Source: an uncultured bacterium
GTDB lineage: Bacteria > Babelota > Babeliae > Babelales > Babelaceae
Length of the DNA: 64,000 nt
Assembly: GCA_963824495.1 (NCBI GenBank)
Contig: CAWGPQ010000008.1
Location: forward strand, 128,001 to 192,000
Reading direction: 5' to 3'
Part shown: one piece after another, positions 39,773 through 49,386 of the stretch
Numbering within the stretch: position 1 is the stretch's first letter
Layout of the letters: the number at the start of each line of letters is the position of its first letter
Notes under the pieces: generated by a model
What the model was told of the DNA's origin: nothing
Seen by the model: only the letters and a program-made list of their open reading frames with translations
Databases searched by the model: none
Program-made: the position numbers and the translations under genes

Positions 39773-40618
39773 CTACTCTTTTTCACCATTGGGCATTGCT
39801 TTTTTAAGATACACCTCAAGAGTTTGATCTACGTCAATAGCCTTACTTTCGAGAAATTCATAAATTGCTGCAGCTCGATCTTTGTGCGATGGGTGAGTTT
39901 CTAAGGGAAAACCTAAGATACTCTTATCTTCAGAAGCATACGTTTTTGTCAAAAGGCCTTGAGAATATAGTCTGGAGGTCTGCTGGTGCACGTAAAGCTC
40001 TGCCAAAAGGGGCTCTATGTTTCCCAGCTTGTATAACTGCTCGCACATGAAAAGATCCGCTTGAACCTCGTTTTGCCTATATACTCGATAGAGCTCCGTC
40101 TTGACATTATCAAAATATAAAACAGCTGTTGAAACGGTAGCTAAAGCATCCATTACTAGCTTGTTATGTGCTCTATTTAACATACTTTGTCTTAGAATAA
40201 TATACGATCCTAACCAAGAAGCAGGAGCTTTCATAAAATCATAGACTAACATATTTTTAATGGTCTCCAAAACTGTACCATGACGAAAATACAGATGTCC
40301 GCATTCATGATAAGCCACTGCGATCTTATAATCTCGCATAAGTTTAGTCTTATCAAGCAAGGGTGATAAAACCAAAAGTTCTTGCTGAGAATCTGACCTA
40401 TCTTTGTCGGGGCGCGTGTCTTCTTGTATACGAATCTTTCTATCGCTCAGTCCAGAATTGACGATGGCTTCCTCTGCAATGGCTTTAATTTCGGTTGAGG
40501 GCTCTATAAGAAATTTAGCTTCTTTCTTGATAGCTCTAGGGTACGCAAAAGTATCAAAGCTCACTAATCCAGGCCCTAGACTTGTCATAAGTAATGATAG
40601 CACTAAGATATACTTCAT
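39773..40618 (-). CDS. M48-like Zn metallopeptidase paralog 3 (signal peptide)
   Basis: YHECGH, EVQAD, THPSHKDR motifs intact; GGAG RBS. Confidence 0.8.
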   Translation of the reverse strand: MKYILVLSLLMTSLGPGLVSFDTFAYPRAIKKEAKFLIEPSTEIKAIAEEAIVNSGLSDRKIRIQEDTRPDKDRSDSQQELLVLSPLLDKTKLMRDYKIAVAYHECGHLYFRHGTVLETIKNMLVYDFMKAPASWLGSYIILRQSMLNRAHNKLVMDALATVSTAVLYFDNVKTELYRVYRQNEVQADLFMCEQLYKLGNIEPLLAELYVHQQTSRLYSQGLLTKTYASEDKSILGFPLETHPSHKDRAAAIYEFLESKAIDVDQTLEVYLKKAMPNGEKE

Positions 40619-40731
40619 ATTTTAATATTCTCCAATTTAAATAATTTAAATTTAATATATAATACTAATATGATAAATTATTTTTTGAAAAATATCAAAA
40701 ATTACGTTTACTTGCCCTATTAGCAACAGAA

Positions 40732-40763
40732 AGGGCTCATTAGCATACTTTCTAACGAGCCCT
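40732..40763 (-). terminator. Hairpin after rplM
   Basis: Minus-strand AGGGCTCGTTAG-8 nt-CTAATGAGCCCT, 12 bp with one G-U; weak U tail. Confidence 0.6.
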
Positions 40764-40784
40764 CTTATTTATTAACGTGAGTAG

Positions 40785-41246
40785 TTAGGCTGCTTGAGTA
40801 GACTTTCTACCAAGCCCTGCAATCTGAGCTTTATGCGGATGCTCAGTTCCAGAATATATTTTAAGTTTTTCAAGCTGAGAACGTGCCATTTTTGTATGAG
40901 CAAGCATCCCCTTAACAGCATGCATTAAAACCCGCGCTGGGTCTTTTTCCATTACTTGCTGTGCTGTAAGTCTTTTTTGGCCACCAATATAACCAGTATA
41001 CCACACATATTCTTTATCGCGCATTTTATCGCCGGTAAACACTACTTTATCAGCATTAATAACCACGACGTAGTCACCGGTGTCAGTATGAGGTGTAAAT
41101 TCAGGTAGATCTTTGCCACGCAAGATATCAGCGATATCGGTTGCCAAGCGGCCAACTACTTGACCTTCGGCATCAATCAAACGCCAACGAGGCTTTCTTG
41201 CTTCTTTTTTCATGAAAAAGGCTTTGTTCATATTTGCTGAGCTCAT
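40785..41246 (-). CDS. rplM: 50S ribosomal protein L13
   Basis: WRLIDAEGQVVGRLA, FTPHTDTGDYVVVINA, HPHKAQ. Confidence 0.98.
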   Translation of the reverse strand: MSSANMNKAFFMKKEARKPRWRLIDAEGQVVGRLATDIADILRGKDLPEFTPHTDTGDYVVVINADKVVFTGDKMRDKEYVWYTGYIGGQKRLTAQQVMEKDPARVLMHAVKGMLAHTKMARSQLEKLKIYSGTEHPHKAQIAGLGRKSTQAA

Positions 41247-41397
41247 CGAATAATCCCCATGGTAAAAATTCTATTAAAAATTTTAAATCTAAATACTGAA
41301 AAAAGAACAGGTTTATGTTAAGCTTAAATAAAAATCACTTTTTGGTCAACCCATAGTAACCTGTATCAAACCACTATAAAACCAAGGATCCGTCTTT

Positions 41398-43020
41398 ATG
41401 TACCCAACCTGGCTCGTGCTTGTACCCCCTTTTGCCGTTATTCTTGTTGCAGCGCTGACCCGACGCGTTATTCTCTCGTTATTTGGTGGGATACTCTTGG
41501 CGGGACTTATTGCGTCAAATTTTTCTCCACTTGAAGCAGTCAAGCTAATCATCAAGAGGCTCTATACAGAAACCAATATTGGTAACCTTATAGCTCAAAG
41601 CGGCTCATACGATAAATTGTATATGCTTGGCTTTTTGGCAGTGCTGGGCATTTTAATCCAGCTCATGACCCATACGGGAGGTCTTGCAGCGTATACACGT
41701 GCTATTAAAAAGTATATCACCTCTGCCCGAACCGTCCAAATAGCCTCGTTAATGCTTTCCCTTATTTTTTTTATTGACGACTATCTTAACAGCCTTACGG
41801 TTGGTGCTATTATGAGACCCTTAACCGACCAGTTTCGTATACCTCGTGCTAAACTTGCTTTTCTCATTGATTCGGTAAGTGCCCCACTCTGCATTCTTAT
41901 ACCGGCAACAAGCTGGGCTGCTATGATCCTTATGCAATTGAACATATCAGGCATAGCGTCACCTACAACAGAGACTACTCTTATTGCTGCTGATCCCTTT
42001 AATCTTTACGTCAAAACTATCCCCTTTATTATATATCCCCTCTTAAGCATTTTTTCTGCTTGGTTCATTGTACTCAAGAACATACATTTTGGAACTATGA
42101 GTTACTATGAGCAAGAGGCTCAAGCTACCGGAAACCTTTTTGGCGGCAAAGCACCGCTTTCGAGCACAAAAATTCGTTCTTCAAACAAAACAGGATCTTT
42201 AGCAGACTTTATCATACCCATACTTACCTTTCTCGGTACAGTTCTGGTTATTCTTGTTTACTCAGGTCAATGGAGTGCTTTAGGTGGAACTAACTCTTTT
42301 ATACCTGCTTTACAAAATGGCAATAGCTTTTTAGCACTTTTTTTAGCAAGCGTAACTGCTACGGTGCTGAGTGCCATTCTTTTTATTGCACAGGAGAAGT
42401 TGAGCATTTCTGAGCTTGGGTATAGTATACGTGATGGTTTTTATCTTATGAAAAACTCTCTTATTATCTTATTACTTGCATGGACATTTGGCAGTCTGCT
42501 TAAAGATGATCTTCATACCGGTACGTATCTTGCTCATATTCTTTTAGGCTCAGTATCGCCAGTTTTATTACCTGTTATGTTTTTTATTACCGCTACGCTT
42601 ATTTCTGCTACTTCAGGATCTGCATGGGGAACAATTATCTTTATGTTACCGATAGCAATTCCACTCGTTATAGGCTTCGCTCAAGCTACTATTCCTGTTT
42701 CACTTGATAGTTTACCATTACTCTTACCAATAGTAGGTGCCATATTATCGGGTGCTGTCGCTGGAGGCCATTTTTCGCCCATCACCGATTCAACTGTTAT
42801 GTCATCGACAAGTGCAGGGTGCTATCATCTTGATCATGTACAAACACAAATAAGCTATGCAACGCCTGCGCTTATAGGAACCATAAGCGCTTATATACTC
42901 GCTGGTGTACTCCAAGAGCAAAACTCTCTACTTTTGGCAGCCTTGTCTATTAGTGTTGGCTTGGGCGTTACCCGCTTTTTACTTATAGCACGCTCAAGAT
43001 TTTCACATAAAACACTGTAG
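41398..43020 (+). CDS. NhaC-family Na+/H+ antiporter-like transporter, possibly for amino acids
   Basis: FFIDDYLNSL, KLAFLIDS, SGSAWGT, GHFSPITDSTVMSS, HVQTQ; many TM segments. Confidence 0.88.
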   Translation: MYPTWLVLVPPFAVILVAALTRRVILSLFGGILLAGLIASNFSPLEAVKLIIKRLYTETNIGNLIAQSGSYDKLYMLGFLAVLGILIQLMTHTGGLAAYTRAIKKYITSARTVQIASLMLSLIFFIDDYLNSLTVGAIMRPLTDQFRIPRAKLAFLIDSVSAPLCILIPATSWAAMILMQLNISGIASPTTETTLIAADPFNLYVKTIPFIIYPLLSIFSAWFIVLKNIHFGTMSYYEQEAQATGNLFGGKAPLSSTKIRSSNKTGSLADFIIPILTFLGTVLVILVYSGQWSALGGTNSFIPALQNGNSFLALFLASVTATVLSAILFIAQEKLSISELGYSIRDGFYLMKNSLIILLLAWTFGSLLKDDLHTGTYLAHILLGSVSPVLLPVMFFITATLISATSGSAWGTIIFMLPIAIPLVIGFAQATIPVSLDSLPLLLPIVGAILSGAVAGGHFSPITDSTVMSSTSAGCYHLDHVQTQISYATPALIGTISAYILAGVLQEQNSLLLAALSISVGLGVTRFLLIARSRFSHKTL

Positions 43021-43102
43021 CTTTATCTTTGAACTACACATGCTACACTCTTAATGTGCCAATATAATAATAACCACATAACCAAAAATTGAGCCAACTA
43101 AT

Positions 43103-44419
43103 ATGTTTTTTTACAGAAAAACTTTTACTACAAGTTTCTTACTAGCAACACTCACATTAACATATACAGCCTATGGTATGCATTCGCCCAAGCAACAGCC
43201 TGACGCGCATGATAAAATTAACCAGTGGCTGCTTAATGTCGTCAAGCAGGGCGACCGAGTAAAAGCACTACACTGGTTGACGAAGGAGGAGGCTGACGTA
43301 AATTTCGCTGATAGTCAAGGCAATACCCTACTTCATTGGGCTATTATAAAAAAGGCTAGCCTCGATCTTAGCCACCAATCGTCTGAACATTACACTTCAA
43401 TTATAGAAATGCTTATAGAGCATGGTGCTAATGTTAATGCAGTTAATAAAGAAGCTAAGTCGCCCCTTTACCTGGCAGTATTCTATAAATCTGCTGATAT
43501 TGTTGCAGTACTTTTAACCAACAATGCACACGTTGACAGTACGGATACAAACAACTTCACTCCACTTTGCATAGCTGTTAGCCGGGATACTCAAGTTAAA
43601 GATCCCAATCGAGAGAAAATAATCAAGCTACTCTTAGACTATGGAGCCAATGTCAATCACGCAACCAAGCATGGAACTAAAGCTCTTTTTTTAGCTCTAA
43701 CACAAGGTAAAAACTTACCTGCAGCAACATCACTTATACGTCATGGAGCGTTGATTGATAACAATGTTAAGAAAAGTAAATTTTGCATGCAACAACTTCA
43801 AGGTATTATTGATGAGCTTTCTTTAGCATCTGCTCTTGGCAATGTTGAACAAGTGCAACAGCTCATTCAGAGCAAAGCTTTACCGAAAGTACATACCACT
43901 CAGTTTACCCCTCTCCATTACGCTATAGCTCAAGGGCAAGCAGGTGCCGCAAAGCTTTTACTTGGTAATGGCTTTGACCCTAATACTCCCGATGAAGATC
44001 ATAACACTCCAGTACATATCGCAGCTCGCAATGGATATCCTGCTTTGATTACTCTCTTACGAAACAAGCAAGCTAATCTTGACTTACAAAACACCAGCGG
44101 CGATACGCCGTTGCATCTTGCAGCTCGTTTTGATACAGGAAACCAGACACTTTTGACATTGCTCAATGCTGGAGCAGCTGCGTATATACGCAATAATATG
44201 AGAAATACTGCCTTGGATGTAGCTCGACTCTACAAACAATCTCTAAACGAACAACTTATTATAACTGACGCTCCTCGAGCTTTGTTTAAGCTTGTATCAA
44301 AAGCTGGAAATCAAAGAGACTTTGCTCAACTTATACCAGGTCTTTCTGCAGAAATCGTAACCAATATCATTGATTGTCTTATAACTAATAATCCTCAAGA
44401 TACCCCGGATACTCACTAG
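43103..44419 (+). CDS. Secreted ankyrin repeat protein with C-terminal F-box/SOCS-box-like tail
   Basis: Signal peptide ending AYG-M; many GNTLLH/TPLH repeats; tail PRALFKLVSKAG...LSAEIVTNIIDCL. Confidence 0.88.
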   Translation: MFFYRKTFTTSFLLATLTLTYTAYGMHSPKQQPDAHDKINQWLLNVVKQGDRVKALHWLTKEEADVNFADSQGNTLLHWAIIKKASLDLSHQSSEHYTSIIEMLIEHGANVNAVNKEAKSPLYLAVFYKSADIVAVLLTNNAHVDSTDTNNFTPLCIAVSRDTQVKDPNREKIIKLLLDYGANVNHATKHGTKALFLALTQGKNLPAATSLIRHGALIDNNVKKSKFCMQQLQGIIDELSLASALGNVEQVQQLIQSKALPKVHTTQFTPLHYAIAQGQAGAAKLLLGNGFDPNTPDEDHNTPVHIAARNGYPALITLLRNKQANLDLQNTSGDTPLHLAARFDTGNQTLLTLLNAGAAAYIRNNMRNTALDVARLYKQSLNEQLIITDAPRALFKLVSKAGNQRDFAQLIPGLSAEIVTNIIDCLITNNPQDTPDTH

Positions 44420-44449
44420 CTCAGTCAAAAAAGCTAGTTTCATGATAGT

Positions 44450-45790
44450 TCAGTTAACATCACTATCATCATCTTCTTCTTCGTATTCAAACTCATCTTC
44501 TTCATCGGTAATAGACGCTTGCGCCATTTCTTCAATAATATCAGCCTCTTTTGGTAGCTCTTGGCTCAGGCAAAGGGTACCATCTTTAGAAATCCAATAA
44601 TCATCTTCAATACGAATACCAATGCCCTCTTGAGGAATATATATACCTGGTTCAATGGTTATAACATCCCCCTCTTGAAGCGGTTCAGCAGTATTACCGA
44701 CGTCATGCACATCAAGTCCTAAAAAGTGGCCTATACCATGGATAAAATATTTACCGTAGCCTTTATCATCCAAAAATTTTTGGGCTAAGTGCTGAAGCGA
44801 TTTCTGTGGGTGCTCTTTGTTATTAAGCCAATAACCAGGACGTGCTTGTTGTTCAATAAACCTTTGTGTTTCAAGCACCAGATTATACAGCTGACGCTGG
44901 CGTTGACTAAACTTACCTGAAACAGGATATGTTCGTGTAATATCAGCACAGTAATAATCAAGCTCTGCACCAATATCAATTACTACAAGATCTCCGGCTT
45001 TCATGGTATTTTTGTTGGAGTTATAGTGCAAGACAGTGCTGTTTTGGCCGCTCGCTACAATAGAGGGAAAAGCAGGTCGAGCACCTGACTCAGTAAACAT
45101 AAACTCAATACCTGCTTGGATCTCATATTCTATTTTACCATCTTCTATCACACGAGCGGCAGCCTCCTGAGCAACTAACGTAATTTCGACAGCTCGATAT
45201 ATAGATTCTACTTCTGCTTCTGATTTTTTACGACGCATACGTGCAACAAGAGGCGAAATATCTTCAAGAGCACTGGCTAAACCGGGAATAAGATGGCCTA
45301 GTCGCTCGAGAACAAGTTTTTGCTCAATATATTCATGAGGGTTATCGGAATTAAGGGTAAATATTTTTCCCTGAGCACGTATATGAGCAGTCAGATAGTT
45401 TATAATATTTTTGTATTCCGGCGCAGTAAACAATGGAGAAAAACGATACCCTTTACATGTATCACCTACATAACGTATGTCGTCGATACGCCAGTTTTTA
45501 AACTCTTTAGTTTCAGGAGTTATAGCCGATTCAACCCATGCAGCTCTATTAATACCACAGTTTGGAACATATAATGTTGTTTTACCAGTAAAATCTATTG
45601 TATATGCTATGCCTGCCTCTTTAATTCCCGTTAGGTAATAACAAGAGCTCTCCTGACGAAAACGATAGCGATCATGTTCAAAACTACCGATGATAAGTAC
45701 TACGCCATAAGATACTTGAGGGTATGCTTGTTTAATAGCGTCGAGTAACTTTTGACGACGCTCGTGAAATACTAACCAATTGGTATTCAT
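44450..45790 (-). CDS. pepP: Xaa-Pro aminopeptidase (M24B)
   Basis: FRQES..YYLTG, DIGAE..ADITRT, HGIGHFLGLDVHD, TIEPG, IRIEDD. Confidence 0.95.
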   Translation of the reverse strand: MNTNWLVFHERRQKLLDAIKQAYPQVSYGVVLIIGSFEHDRYRFRQESSCYYLTGIKEAGIAYTIDFTGKTTLYVPNCGINRAAWVESAITPETKEFKNWRIDDIRYVGDTCKGYRFSPLFTAPEYKNIINYLTAHIRAQGKIFTLNSDNPHEYIEQKLVLERLGHLIPGLASALEDISPLVARMRRKKSEAEVESIYRAVEITLVAQEAAARVIEDGKIEYEIQAGIEFMFTESGARPAFPSIVASGQNSTVLHYNSNKNTMKAGDLVVIDIGAELDYYCADITRTYPVSGKFSQRQRQLYNLVLETQRFIEQQARPGYWLNNKEHPQKSLQHLAQKFLDDKGYGKYFIHGIGHFLGLDVHDVGNTAEPLQEGDVITIEPGIYIPQEGIGIRIEDDYWISKDGTLCLSQELPKEADIIEEMAQASITDEEDEFEYEEEDDDSDVN

Positions 45791-45818
45791 AAAAACTCTT
45801 CACTTGTTGGTTATAAGT

Positions 45819-46418
45819 TTAAAATAATCTTCGTTCTGTAATTGCTTTGTGAAGCGTTAGGCGATCCATAAGTTCAAGCGATGAACCGACAGGCATACCC
45901 CGCGCCAAACAGGTAACTTTAGCACCTTTATTTTCAAGTTTTCGTGCTATAAAAGCTGCCGTAGCTTCTCCTTCAGGGTTTTGGTTTACCGCAAGAATCA
46001 CTTCAGCGCATCCGTTACCTACGCGTATAACGAGTTGTTCTATTGTCAAATCTTCTGGACCTACACCATCAAGTGGACAGATAGAACCACCCAAAACATG
46101 ATAAACTCCTTGATAGCTACCTGTTTTTTCAATAGCATAAAGATCATGCCAGGTTTCGATAACACAGATTGTACGCTTGTCACGCTTGGGTGAGTCACAG
46201 AACAAACATGCTTGACCACGCTCTTTCCATGTCCAACATAGTGTGCACTTTGCCAGTTGAGCACGTGCCTCAGAAAGTATGCGGCAAAATTCTTGCGCCT
46301 TATGCTCATCCATTTCTAGGAAATAGTGGGCTACGCGATATAAATTCTTTGATGCTAGATAAGGTACTTGCTGCAGCTGTTTAAGCAAGCTGACAAGATG
46401 GGGGAGATTGTTCATCAT
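45819..46418 (-). CDS. recR: Recombination mediator RecR
   Basis: C4 zinc finger, YHVLGG, EGEATA, ARGMPVG. Confidence 0.96.
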   Translation of the reverse strand: MMNNLPHLVSLLKQLQQVPYLASKNLYRVAHYFLEMDEHKAQEFCRILSEARAQLAKCTLCWTWKERGQACLFCDSPKRDKRTICVIETWHDLYAIEKTGSYQGVYHVLGGSICPLDGVGPEDLTIEQLVIRVGNGCAEVILAVNQNPEGEATAAFIARKLENKGAKVTCLARGMPVGSSLELMDRLTLHKAITERRLF

Positions 46419-46457
46419 TATAGGTATCCTGTGCTCTCGCTTATGGTGATAGTGCTT

Positions 46458-48008
46458 TTATACAAGCTTCAACATTTTTTGAATTTTAGTTTGAGCTACA
46501 CCTAAGAGGGTATTAGCACCAATATACAAAATAAGCCCTGCTGGAAAGTTAATAAAAATACCGGTAACAATAGCAGCAATAATAAGTGAAGTTACGCGCT
46601 TGCGTATATCACCTGCAGCTGCCGTTTGTAAGGCCATTCCTATACCAGCAATGACCGGAAGAATATAATACTTATCAGGTGCTGATAAATCGGTTATCCA
46701 TCCAATAAACGGTGCTTGATAGAGCTCATAAGAATTAGTCAACACTCTATTAAGCCCAATAAAAATGGGTAACTGCAGCAGGGGCGATAGCAGACCTCCA
46801 AGCGTTGAAACACCATATTTGCGCGAAAGCTCCAATTTTTCGCGTGCAAGCGCCTCTCGATCATGCTTATATTTTTGCTCAATATAGTGAAGCTTTTTCT
46901 GAAACTCCATTTGCTTTTGCGCGCTTTTTTCACCTTTAAGTGTTATAGGCAGCAAGACGATCTTTATAATAAGCGTCAAAATCAGTATTGCCCAACCATA
47001 ATTTTTTACATAACCATATAAAAATTTGAGCATCACGAGCAAGAATTTAGAAATTACCGCAAACCAACCGTAATCAAGTGTTTCCTCAAGTCTTGGATCA
47101 ACCACTGTTAAGTGCTCAGCTTCCTTTGGACCACAATAGAATGACAAGGTCCACGTTGTTTTTTCGTGAATAACAGGTCCTTCCAGTATTGCCTCAAGCG
47201 CATCAGTACTGGTGAATGTATAATAAGCGCGTTGAGTAAAATGTTGTTGATCAGCCACTAAAGCATGAATAAAATAACGATTCTGTGCACCAAAAAGTGT
47301 TGGCGCTATCCATACTTGTTGTTTAAGATCTGCTGGTTGTATTTTCTGTACTCTATTGCGCTCATTATAGACAATACCGGTAACTGCATCTTTAGGATTG
47401 AGCTGTAGTAATAATGGTGCGGGAAAAAATATACGTGCTTGAATGCCTTCTTGAGAGTTTACTTTCTTCGGTTCAAGTGTTATTTCAAGATCAAGCTTAT
47501 ACACATCATCATATACAAGATATTTTTTGGTAATACGCACATCCTGTGTCTCAGCCTGATAGATAACCGTATGAATACCTCCCTCACTAGTCTTGCTCAA
47601 AAGCGTATAATAGTAAGGTGTTTGCTTGTTAAGAGCAACCAAAAACGGCTGCTCTTCACGTGCAGTACTCATCGGTGGAGTGATAGTTGACAATAATTTT
47701 TGCTCAGTATTATGCGCATGCTTAAATGAAAGACGTTCCAAGGCTGCCGCCTGCTGTGAGAAAACAGCCTCGGCGTGAGGAGTGGTTACCGTAACTAAAG
47801 AAATAGCTTCAGGAGCTTTTTCGCCAATAAAGCTAACTTCAGTATTAAGGGGTTTAACGAGCTCCTCGGACAAAGGAGCCTTAAAGCTCTGCCCTGAACG
47901 GAGGGCATCTTGCGTCTCAGTTGCACGTCGCGCGACAAAAAAATAATTGAATCCTAACGTAATAAGAAGTGCAAACGACAAGGGAACTACAATATCTTGA
48001 AATTTCAT
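46458..48008 (-). CDS. yidC: Membrane protein insertase YidC
   Basis: DYGWF, NYGWAI, LQLPIF, WITDLSAPD, PAGLILY. Confidence 0.95.
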   Translation of the reverse strand: MKFQDIVVPLSFALLITLGFNYFFVARRATETQDALRSGQSFKAPLSEELVKPLNTEVSFIGEKAPEAISLVTVTTPHAEAVFSQQAAALERLSFKHAHNTEQKLLSTITPPMSTAREEQPFLVALNKQTPYYYTLLSKTSEGGIHTVIYQAETQDVRITKKYLVYDDVYKLDLEITLEPKKVNSQEGIQARIFFPAPLLLQLNPKDAVTGIVYNERNRVQKIQPADLKQQVWIAPTLFGAQNRYFIHALVADQQHFTQRAYYTFTSTDALEAILEGPVIHEKTTWTLSFYCGPKEAEHLTVVDPRLEETLDYGWFAVISKFLLVMLKFLYGYVKNYGWAILILTLIIKIVLLPITLKGEKSAQKQMEFQKKLHYIEQKYKHDREALAREKLELSRKYGVSTLGGLLSPLLQLPIFIGLNRVLTNSYELYQAPFIGWITDLSAPDKYYILPVIAGIGMALQTAAAGDIRKRVTSLIIAAIVTGIFINFPAGLILYIGANTLLGVAQTKIQKMLKLV

Positions 48009-48133
48009 AGTACTATATCCTTAGGCCTTACAAAAATGATGCGAATAGAAAAATTTTATCACAGAATCCCCTCGGACGCTAGGACCAACATTAGATAGAC
48101 GAAAAATGAACTACGTGCCAAAAAGGAGAAGCA

Positions 48134-48541
48134 ATGGAAAAACGTACATTTCGTATTGGAGAGCTTGCAGAGCATTTAGCACTCGAGTGTTTTGTCATCC
48201 GCTTTTGGGAAAGGGCATTTAATATTAAAGCCCAACGCTCAGATCGCGGCCAACGATCTTATACCGAGCAAGACCTTCACAAATTTCTGCTCATAAAAGA
48301 GTTACTTTATGAGAAGGGGTTTACTATAGCAGGTGCTAAAAAACTCCTTCAAGATCTTAACGATACTCAAGCAAAAAAATTGCCGTCAGCGTCGATCATT
48401 GCCTCAAAGGTCACAACTATGGAAACTGATACGCATTCCTCTGTCTCTTCCGGAAGCTTACAACAACAAATACCACCTAATGTATCTCAACAAATTGTTG
48501 AGCTCCAAAAGAGATTACTCAAACTTCGTGAGCTTCTTTAA
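48134..48541 (+). CDS. MerR-family HTH regulator
   Basis: FRIGELA...VIRFWE...GQRSY...GFTIAGAKK; AAGGAG RBS. Confidence 0.9.
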   Translation: MEKRTFRIGELAEHLALECFVIRFWERAFNIKAQRSDRGQRSYTEQDLHKFLLIKELLYEKGFTIAGAKKLLQDLNDTQAKKLPSASIIASKVTTMETDTHSSVSSGSLQQQIPPNVSQQIVELQKRLLKLRELL

Positions 48542-48554
48542 TAGAGTATAGCAC

Positions 48555-48596
48555 ACTAAGAAGCTACTGTGAATCAACGTACAGTGGCTTCTTAGT
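48555..48596 (+). terminator. Hairpin after the MerR gene
   Basis: 16-bp stem ACTAAGAAGCTACTGT/ACAGTGGCTTCTTAGT with one U-G; no clear U tail. Confidence 0.55.
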
Positions 48597-48611
48597 ATAT
48601 AATTCATAGCT

Positions 48612-49386
48612 CATTATGCTTTCAGAAACCTCTTGCTTGAATAAAGGGAGGAGAAAGCGTAAACCTGGTTAAAGCAATTTTAAAAAAAATAACACTAATG
48701 TAATGTTTAGTCTAATGGCTCCCCTTGTAATAAGTAAGGTAAAATGATAGCATAAATAAGCTATAAAAAAAATCAGTTCTTATGCATGAGGAAGTACACG
48801 TGCAACGTACGGTAATGCTCAAATTAAGCCCAACGCATGAGCAAGCCAAAGCCTTATCACAACTACAAGCAGCATATAATAATATCTGCAACAAGATTGT
48901 ACCGTTTGTTGTAGAGAATAGATGTTGGAATAATGTTGCCTTGCATGATCTGTCCTACTACCCTATCCGTGACACAACTCATCTTGGATCTCAGATGGGT
49001 CTGTAATGCCATCAGGGCTGTCTGTAAGGCCTATAAAGTCTTACCCATTGCTCGTGACCAAAAGATTCCATCTATTACGTTCAAGTCGAGATCCAGCATC
49101 CATTTTGATAAAAGGACCCTATTCGTTTAAAGATAATAGCATTTCCTTGTATATACTTACAGGACGTATTCTTGTCCCTCTGCAGCTAGGAGCATTTCAA
49201 CAGAGCTATCTTCGGTTAGTTTGTAAAAATTGTGGAATCCAGCGACACAGTGACTTGAATGCACGTCGCAATATTTGCCGGATTGCTTTATCTGCCAATA
49301 CTGCAACGGGTAGCGTAAACCTGCCGGATGTAGCAGCTTCTTTCAGCTGACTATAAAGCTCCCCACTTTAGTGGGCAGTTGTTTAC
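48612..49386 (+). mobile_element. Decayed IS200/IS605-family (tnpB-only) element; left boundary approximate
   Basis: Hairpin-like left end near 48618-48659; right end AAGCTCCCCACTTTAGTGGGCAGTTGTTTAC; tnpB remnant between them. Confidence 0.7.
48782..49350 (+). pseudogene. tnpB: TnpB pseudogene
   Basis: Three frames join as RTVMLKL...LHDLSYY...SQM/VCNAIRAV...FDKRT/YSFKD...; C-terminal CKNCG...SDLNARRNI; central RuvC-I/II region deleted. Confidence 0.85.

Noticed and set aside
48782..49350. tnpB as an active or programmed-frameshift nuclease, or a domesticated TldR-like regulator
   Set aside because: Two frameshifts at non-slippery sites plus deletion of the RuvC core indicate decay.
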